Assembly (NCBI GenBank): GCA_000025185.1
Contig: CP001848.1
Span: 1,890,001-1,922,000, forward strand
Source: Pirellula staleyi DSM 6068
Lineage (GTDB): Bacteria > Planctomycetota > Planctomycetia > Pirellulales > Pirellulaceae
Length of the DNA stretch: 32,000 nucleotides
Reading direction: 5' to 3'
Below, one piece after another: positions 26,130 to 32,000 of the stretch. Within the stretch, counting starts at the first letter, position 1; the number at the start of each line of letters is the position of its first letter. The notes under the pieces were generated by a model. It was not told the origin of the DNA and made no database searches. It saw only the letters and a list, made by a program, of their open reading frames with translations. The position numbers were made by a program, and so were the translations under genes.

Positions 26130-27998
26130 TTAGAGGGTGGGTGTTTCGCTCGCAAAGTTCTCGGCAATGCCCACAGCTTCAGCGCCGCAGCCATACAAGC
26201 GATCGCCAATCGCGTGGCTTTCGCTGGTGGTGGCAAAGCGGGTGTCGCGAACCACAATCATGGCATCCATCGGGCACGCTTCACCGGCGGGAAAGAGCGA
26301 ACCTTCTCCCATGGCTGTGGGAGGCATGTCAACGATCACAAGCTCGAACGTTGCAGCCAGCGCGCGGAAGGTGGCGGTAACACGTGGGTCGTCGAGCGAC
26401 AGTGGATCGGCAGCGGACGAAACTTCGAGGGGAAGAATCGTGATTCGATCTTCTTTGCTTTTGATAGCGGCTTCGCTCAGCGGAATGGCTCCGGTGGCGG
26501 CATCTTGCCAGCCATAGGCCACTTCGAGACCGAGCATGCTCGCCAGCTGAGGTCGCGTGAAATCGGCATCGACAATGGCGACTTGAATGCCAGCGTCAGC
26601 AGCAGCGCGAGCCAAGCAAAGTGCCAAGGTCGAGCGACCTTCACCTCGCCGACTTCCGGTGATTCCAAGGGTCTTCAGGCCATCGCGAACCGCAATGCGG
26701 AGTTTCTCGCCAGCCTCGGAAAAGTAGCTGTTATCGCTGCGGAGCAGTTTCTCGCAAACGGCTGGCCAGTCGAAGCGATCGACGGCCCAGAGCGGCACGC
26801 AAGCGCGAGGAGCATGAACGACAGCTGGCTCCGCGAGAGGCTCGCTGGCGATCGTTTCCACTTCTTCGGCGAGTTGCAATTCTTCTTCCAGCTTGACTTC
26901 TTCGAGCTTCATATCGGCCGCTTCTTCGGCGGCAGTCGTCAGGTCGACGACTTCGGCCTGCGCGGGCAAATCGTCTGCCAGTTCGGCGGCCTCTGCGAGC
27001 AACTCCGGAGCTGGAGCGGCTGGTTTTTCCGAACGCTTTTTGTGAGGGGCAGGAACGGCGGTGTGAGCACCATCGACACGAAAATTTGGTTTCGCAGCTG
27101 GCTCTTCGGCAGCGGTTTTCGCGGCGATTTCAGTAGTTTCAGCGGTCGATGCTTGGTCGATCGAGCCTGCGAGTTGTTCGCTCAGGTCGAGCGAGGTAAG
27201 GTCGACCGTGACCATCATCGACGAGCGTGCCAGGGGCAACTCTTCCGAGGTCTCGAGCATCACGAGCGACGAGATCGAAGGATCATTCTCTTGCGAAAAC
27301 TCTTCCCAGTGCCCATGCACTTCGATGTGCATCGGATCGGCATCGATGGCGGCAGCGGCGATTGCTGCGGGCTTCAGTGGCTCGGCTTGAGGTGGCTCGA
27401 CTTTAGGTGATTCCGCAGCCACTGGTGCTGCCGCGATTGTCTCGGCAGGAGGTGCTGGAATCTTTGCGACCGAGACAACGGGCGATCGACTGGTGAGGGC
27501 GTCGGTTACTTCAGCTTCGGACTGGTCGTCGATGGCAATCACCACCGGGCCATACTGCGGCAGACGCGCGAGCTGTTCGCGCGTTTCTTCCAGTTGACGA
27601 ATGATCTCGAGCACACGGAGGGGACGCATGCGGCGAGGTGGTTCGTAGGCGGTTTGTGCAGGCTCGATGCGCTGTGGCGCTGGCTGCTCGACCGTGCTCG
27701 TCAGTTTGCGAAGGATTCGCCGTGGACGTGTTTTGGAACTACGCACCAGATGAGGTGGGGGAACAGCCGACTCGGCTGCATGCCGCTCGATCGACGCGCG
27801 ATAGAGCATGCCGCTATCGTACGACAGTTCAACCTGCGGTTGAGCTGGCTCGTAGGTCGGGCGTAGGGTGGTGGCCATCACATGGGGCTCCCGCGCTGCG
27901 GTAGTAACTGGTGGCGCGACCGAGGCTTTCGTCGAACGAGAATCGGCCGGCGCTTCTTTCGAAAATGCCTTAATAAAGGCCTGATCCAGAACGCTCAT
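26130..27998 (-). CDS. Protein with a roughly 440-aa low-complexity N-terminal region and a C-terminal BY-kinase/MinD-fold P-loop domain (CpsD/CapB/EpsG-like, atypical Walker A)
   Basis: 622 aa with AGGGAA 8 nt upstream of the ATG at 27998. The C-terminal domain carries Walker A ITGSRRGEGRSTLA, Walker A' VAIVDADFTRPQL and Walker B ELVIVDMPP. The N-terminal region is Pro/Ala/Glu-rich with no TM segment. Confidence 0.75.
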   Translation of the reverse strand: MSVLDQAFIKAFSKEAPADSRSTKASVAPPVTTAAREPHVMATTLRPTYEPAQPQVELSYDSGMLYRASIERHAAESAVPPPHLVRSSKTRPRRILRKLTSTVEQPAPQRIEPAQTAYEPPRRMRPLRVLEIIRQLEETREQLARLPQYGPVVIAIDDQSEAEVTDALTSRSPVVSVAKIPAPPAETIAAAPVAAESPKVEPPQAEPLKPAAIAAAAIDADPMHIEVHGHWEEFSQENDPSISSLVMLETSEELPLARSSMMVTVDLTSLDLSEQLAGSIDQASTAETTEIAAKTAAEEPAAKPNFRVDGAHTAVPAPHKKRSEKPAAPAPELLAEAAELADDLPAQAEVVDLTTAAEEAADMKLEEVKLEEELQLAEEVETIASEPLAEPAVVHAPRACVPLWAVDRFDWPAVCEKLLRSDNSYFSEAGEKLRIAVRDGLKTLGITGSRRGEGRSTLALCLARAAADAGIQVAIVDADFTRPQLASMLGLEVAYGWQDAATGAIPLSEAAIKSKEDRITILPLEVSSAADPLSLDDPRVTATFRALAATFELVIVDMPPTAMGEGSLFPAGEACPMDAMIVVRDTRFATTSESHAIGDRLYGCGAEAVGIAENFASETPTL

Positions 27999-29208
27999 AG
28001 CGATTCCCTAATCGTGGCTCGTAGTTGGGCGTAACAGTGCCGTAGGTCATTCCTGGAGCCACACCACCAGCAGCACCTGGTGCGGGTGCTACAGGAGCAT
28101 TGGCTGGTGGAGCCAAGGGTGGTGTGTAGTTGCCACCTCGACCTGTCGACGGATAGCTGATGGCCGGAGCTGCTGGTGCAGCAGCCGGTGGGGTGGATGT
28201 AGCAGTTTCGACTTGCGGACGCGATGCCATTTCGGCCGCCGGCTGTGATGGACTACCTGCTGGCGGAGCCGAATTTCCCTGAGCCGTTTGATTCCAAGGG
28301 AACAAGGCACGATCGTCGTTTGGAGCGGCTGGAGCAGCTTCGGGAGTCCCCAGTTCGATGCCACTGGCAGGCGAACTTCCTTGATCGCTATAGACGCTAG
28401 CAGTCGAAGGAGGTGCCGGGGGCTCGGAAACGAGTTCGGGTGCCGACGAGGTTTCCACTGGCGACTCGCTTGGCATTTCGATCGATGGGGGACCGATCGA
28501 GGCAGCATCGCCCGGATGAGCGGCTGGCCAATCGGCGTTAGGAGTCGGTTTTTTCGAATCGCCCGACCGAGCGAAGTAGATCGTGGCGGCCAATGCCACG
28601 ATGAAAACCAGGGCAATGTTGCGGCCGTGCGTGGTGAACCAGCTGTCGGCCGTCGGTTTCGCGGTCTCTTGTGGTTCGCGACTTTCGCCCCGTTTTCGGC
28701 GCGAACTGGCAGGCGTAACTGTAGCATCAGCAGCAGGTTGCGTCTCGGAGGTCGCTTTATCGACCATCGTCTCGACAGCCGATGCTGCAGGTTTCTCGGC
28801 CACTGATTCCTGGAGAACTGGCTCGCTCGGCAACGACTTGGGCTGCGGCTTCACGACTGACGCTGCAGCTACAGCGGGAGGAGGTACTTGCGTTTCCGCA
28901 GGAGGCGTAAACTCTGGCTTGGCTTCGACTTTCGGCGTTACATCGATCTTGGGAGCCTCGGCCACTGCGGGCTTGCTCACCGGCAGCTCGGCAGCCAACT
29001 CAGTGGCCGGTGGCGCTGCAATCAGAGACGCTGGAGGAGGTGTAACTGGTGTATTAGAAATAGTTTGCGTTGCTGGCTTGGATGTCGTCGCGCTCGACTT
29101 TTTGGAACCAGCCGATCGTGGGCGGACATCCATCAAGTGAAACAAGACCGGCATTTCCCGACGCGATGGAGCGTCTTTGGCGGGCTTGGCAGCTGTTTCG
29201 TGCGTCAT
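27970..29208 (-). CDS. Pro/Ala/Ser-rich single-pass membrane protein (hypothetical) with a Tyr-enriched C-terminal tail
   Basis: 412 aa from the ATG at 29208, with AAGGA about 8 nt upstream. The track start at 29232 is a TTG. It has one hydrophobic segment (NIALVFIVALAATIYF) flanked by RRKR...R and R..KK. The remainder is low complexity. Its 3' end overlaps the next gene by 29 nt. Confidence 0.6.
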   Translation of the reverse strand: MTHETAAKPAKDAPSRREMPVLFHLMDVRPRSAGSKKSSATTSKPATQTISNTPVTPPPASLIAAPPATELAAELPVSKPAVAEAPKIDVTPKVEAKPEFTPPAETQVPPPAVAAASVVKPQPKSLPSEPVLQESVAEKPAASAVETMVDKATSETQPAADATVTPASSRRKRGESREPQETAKPTADSWFTTHGRNIALVFIVALAATIYFARSGDSKKPTPNADWPAAHPGDAASIGPPSIEMPSESPVETSSAPELVSEPPAPPSTASVYSDQGSSPASGIELGTPEAAPAAPNDDRALFPWNQTAQGNSAPPAGSPSQPAAEMASRPQVETATSTPPAAAPAAPAISYPSTGRGGNYTPPLAPPANAPVAPAPGAAGGVAPGMTYGTVTPNYEPRLGNRYERSGSGLY

Positions 29209-29688
29209 CGGGGAGTCCTTTCCCAGGGGCAAATGGCCGGGCCAGCGCAGTGTTCTTAAGTGCGCGCGGCACCAACCGCTTAGCGCCAGTTATCGGTAGC
29301 AATCTTGCCGGTCTTTAGGATTAGGTAAACTTTGACGGCAAAATCCCCGGTTGGGGTGAATTTCACCAATCTTCCCCTTCACAGCTTTTGCAGGCTTCTC
29401 CAGTTTCACAGCGTGGCGAATTCACCTAGTCGCAAAGTGGTTGTTCAAGGGAACATCTCGACACCACTTCGCCCGGCATGAGCCCCTGGCAAGCCTTGCG
29501 ATAAATCGGGTGGGCTGGGATAATTGGAAGTTTGTTCGAACTTCGATCGCACTTGCGGGTCCCTATCCATCTGCTGATCGCACTCCCCAGCGACTTCCCG
29601 ACGTGAAGTTGCCCCACCCTTTTGCGGTTGGCAGTTGTTTGCCGCACCTCTCGTTTCTTTCAACCTTTCGCTCGCAACAGTTTCCACC

Positions 29689-32000
29689 ATGACCGATATC
29701 CGCAGGTCGAAGACCTATGACCTTCTCGAGTCGCTGCTAGAAGACCGTGTGCTGGTGCTCGACGGGGCCATGGGAACGATGATCCAGCGGCTGGACCTCG
29801 ACGAAGCCGCCGTGCGTGGCGATCGCTTCGCCGACCACACCAAGGACCTCGCTCGCTTCTCCGATATCCTCTGTCTGACCCGCGCGAATGACATCACCGA
29901 GATCCATCGGAAATATCTCGCTGCCGGTGCCGACATCATCGAGACGAATACGTTCGGCGCTAGCGTCATCGGCATGGAGGAGTTCGACCTCCCGAACGAA
30001 CTTGTTCGCGAAATTAACTTCGCCGCTGTCAAATGCGCGCGCATCGCTTGCGACGAGTTCACCAGCCGCGATCCTTCGCGCCCGCGCTTCGTCGCCGGTT
30101 CGATCGGACCGACGACCAAACAAACGGCCATCTCCACACGCGTGGAAGATCCCGCCTATCGCGCCGTCACGTTCGAGCAGATGGTCGAATCGTATAGCGG
30201 ACAGATCGAAGCACTCGTCGAAGCGGGTGTCGACATCATCCTGCCCGAAACGGTCATCGACACCCTCAACCTCAAAGCGTGCCTCTTCGCGCTTGAGCGA
30301 CACTTTAAGAAGGTCGGCGAGCGCACCGCGGTGATGGTCTCGGGCACCTTCAACGCTGCTGGTGTGACATTCGTCTCGAGCCAAAACGTCGAAGCATTTT
30401 GGAACTCCATCGCGCATGTGCCGCTGCTGTCGGTTGGCATGAACTGTGCCCTCGGTCCCGACGTGATGCGCCCGCATCTCGAGGAACTTCAGCGAGTCTC
30501 TGGCGCGAAAATCAGCTGCTATCCCAATGCCGGTTTGCCCAACGAAATGGGGCAGTACGATCTCGGCCCTGCAGGCATGGCCAACATCATTGGCGAATTT
30601 CTCGACGAGCGCTGGCTTAATATTGTCGGCGGCTGCTGCGGCACCACCCCCGATCACATCGCGGCCATTGCCGAGCGTACGCGCCGCGCCAAGCCGCACA
30701 AGATCGCTGAGAAGCCCGCTTGGCTTCGTTTGTCCGGAACCGAGGCCTTCACTCTACGTCCCGAAAGCAATTTCGTGATGGTGGGCGAGCGTACCAACGT
30801 CACCGGCAGTAAAGCTTTCGCACGTCTGATTCGGGACGAAAAATACGAAGAAGCTGTCGACGTTGCCCGTCAACAAGTGGCTGGTGGCGCCACGATCATC
30901 GACGTCAACATGGACGATGCGCTGCTCGACGGCGAAGCCGCCATGACCCGATTCCTGCGACTCATCGCCGGCGATGGCGAAGCGTCGAAAGTGCCGGTGA
31001 TGATCGATAGCTCGAAGTGGAGCGTGCTCGAGGCTGGTCTCCGCTGCGTGCAAGGCAAAGCGATTGTTAACAGCATCAGCCTCAAGGATGGCGAGGAAGA
31101 ATTCCTCCGCCGCGCCGAGCTTGTACGTCGCTACGGCGCGTCGGCTGTGGTGATGGCGTTCGACGAAGGTGGTCAAGCTGTCGAAATCGATCACAAGGTG
31201 AGCATCTGCAAACGAGCCTACGACCTGCTCACCCAGAAGATCGGCTTCCCGCCCGAAGATATCATCTTCGACCCCAACATCCTCACCGTTGCCACCGGCA
31301 TCGAGGAGCACAACAACTACGCCGTTAACTTCATCGAAGCGACCCGGATCATCAAGCAAGTTTGTCCTGGGGCAAAAGTCAGCGGCGGTGTGAGCAATAT
31401 TTCGTTCTCGTTCCGTGGCAACGATGTGGTGCGCGAGGCGATGCACTCCGCATTCCTCTATCACGCCATTCGTGCAGGGCTCGATATGGGAATCGTCAAC
31501 GCCGGCCAATTGGCGGTGTACGAAGAGATTCCTCCCGCGCTGCTCAAAGCGGTTGAAGATGTGCTGCTCAACCGCAGCGACGATGCCACCGAGAAACTCG
31601 TCGCACTGGCAGAAACTGTCAAAGGGAAAGGCAAAGTTGCCGCAGGTGAAGATCTCACCTGGCGTGAAGAAAACGTCGAAGGTCGCCTCCGACATGCGCT
31701 CGTCAAAGGGATCGATCGTTTCGTCGAGACCGATGTCGAGGAAGCTCGCCAAAAGTATCCGAAGTGCCTCTCGATCATCGAAGGCCCGCTGATGGACGGC
31801 ATGACCGTTGTCGGAGATCTCTTCGGCGAAGGAAAAATGTTCTTGCCGCAAGTGGTCAAAAGCGCTCGCGTCATGAAGAAGGCAGTCAACTATCTGCTTC
31901 CCTTCATGGAGCAAGAAAAGCTGCTCGCCGGTAACGAAAGCCAAGGGGCTCGTGCTCGCGTGCTGATGGCCACCGTCAAAGGGGACGTGCACGACATTGG
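29689..32000 (+). CDS. metH: Cobalamin-dependent methionine synthase, N-terminal about 770 aa. It continues beyond the window.
   Basis: My own translation from the ATG at 29689: [35 protein letters not shown]... (homocysteine-binding domain). The frame stays open to the window end, where it reads ...[16 protein letters not shown], the D-x-H-x-x-G cobalamin-binding motif. It is absent from the ORF track because there is no stop in the window. Confidence 0.95.
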   Translation, partial: MTDIRRSKTYDLLESLLEDRVLVLDGAMGTMIQRLDLDEAAVRGDRFADHTKDLARFSDILCLTRANDITEIHRKYLAAGADIIETNTFGASVIGMEEFDLPNELVREINFAAVKCARIACDEFTSRDPSRPRFVAGSIGPTTKQTAISTRVEDPAYRAVTFEQMVESYSGQIEALVEAGVDIILPETVIDTLNLKACLFALERHFKKVGERTAVMVSGTFNAAGVTFVSSQNVEAFWNSIAHVPLLSVGMNCALGPDVMRPHLEELQRVSGAKISCYPNAGLPNEMGQYDLGPAGMANIIGEFLDERWLNIVGGCCGTTPDHIAAIAERTRRAKPHKIAEKPAWLRLSGTEAFTLRPESNFVMVGERTNVTGSKAFARLIRDEKYEEAVDVARQQVAGGATIIDVNMDDALLDGEAAMTRFLRLIAGDGEASKVPVMIDSSKWSVLEAGLRCVQGKAIVNSISLKDGEEEFLRRAELVRRYGASAVVMAFDEGGQAVEIDHKVSICKRAYDLLTQKIGFPPEDIIFDPNILTVATGIEEHNNYAVNFIEATRIIKQVCPGAKVSGGVSNISFSFRGNDVVREAMHSAFLYHAIRAGLDMGIVNAGQLAVYEEIPPALLKAVEDVLLNRSDDATEKLVALAETVKGKGKVAAGEDLTWREENVEGRLRHALVKGIDRFVETDVEEARQKYPKCLSIIEGPLMDGMTVVGDLFGEGKMFLPQVVKSARVMKKAVNYLLPFMEQEKLLAGNESQGARARVLMATVKGDVHDI

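Noticed and set aside
29233-29688. A cobalamin, SAM or SAH riboswitch upstream of metH.
   Set aside because: An AAGGGAAC string is present, but the B12 box and the other conserved cores of these riboswitch classes are absent by eye. A B12 riboswitch would also be unexpected for the B12-dependent enzyme.

Overview
This is a high-GC bacterial chromosomal window. The gene content points to Planctomycetota, probably Pirellulales-like: two DUF1559/H-X9-DG pseudopilin-like proteins, a LamG protein, Tat-signal lipoproteins, large secreted hypotheticals and long intergenic spacers. This placement is inference from family content only. Housekeeping anchors are tRNA-Val(GAC), thrS and the 5' part of metH. 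I support 24 CDS, 1 tRNA, several hairpin terminators, one type II toxin-antitoxin pair and one 2x15-bp tandem duplication. I saw no rRNA, CRISPR array, transposase, integrase or phage genes.

The most system-like unexplained feature is a compact four-gene minus-strand cluster at 23673-29208. It encodes a Pro/Ala-rich bitopic protein with a Tyr-rich tail. Next comes a long disordered protein ending in a BY-kinase-fold P-loop, whose Walker A lysine is replaced by Arg and which lacks a Tyr cluster. An ExeA/MshM-like AAA+ ATPase and a GT-C-fold membrane glycosyltransferase complete the cluster. No canonical polysaccharide export or polymerase partners are in view.

Other items worth a second look:
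- an Nramp-like transporter with an inserted DxDxDG calcium-binding-like loop
- an 850-aa Tat-signal protein of unknown family with an internally duplicated C-terminal module, upstream of an orphan TolC
- a GIDE-like/ankyrin membrane protein
- an orphan Fe(3+)-type binding lipoprotein translationally coupled to an unknown membrane protein

All family assignments come from reading motifs in the translations. No searches were run, and start codons are my best choices.
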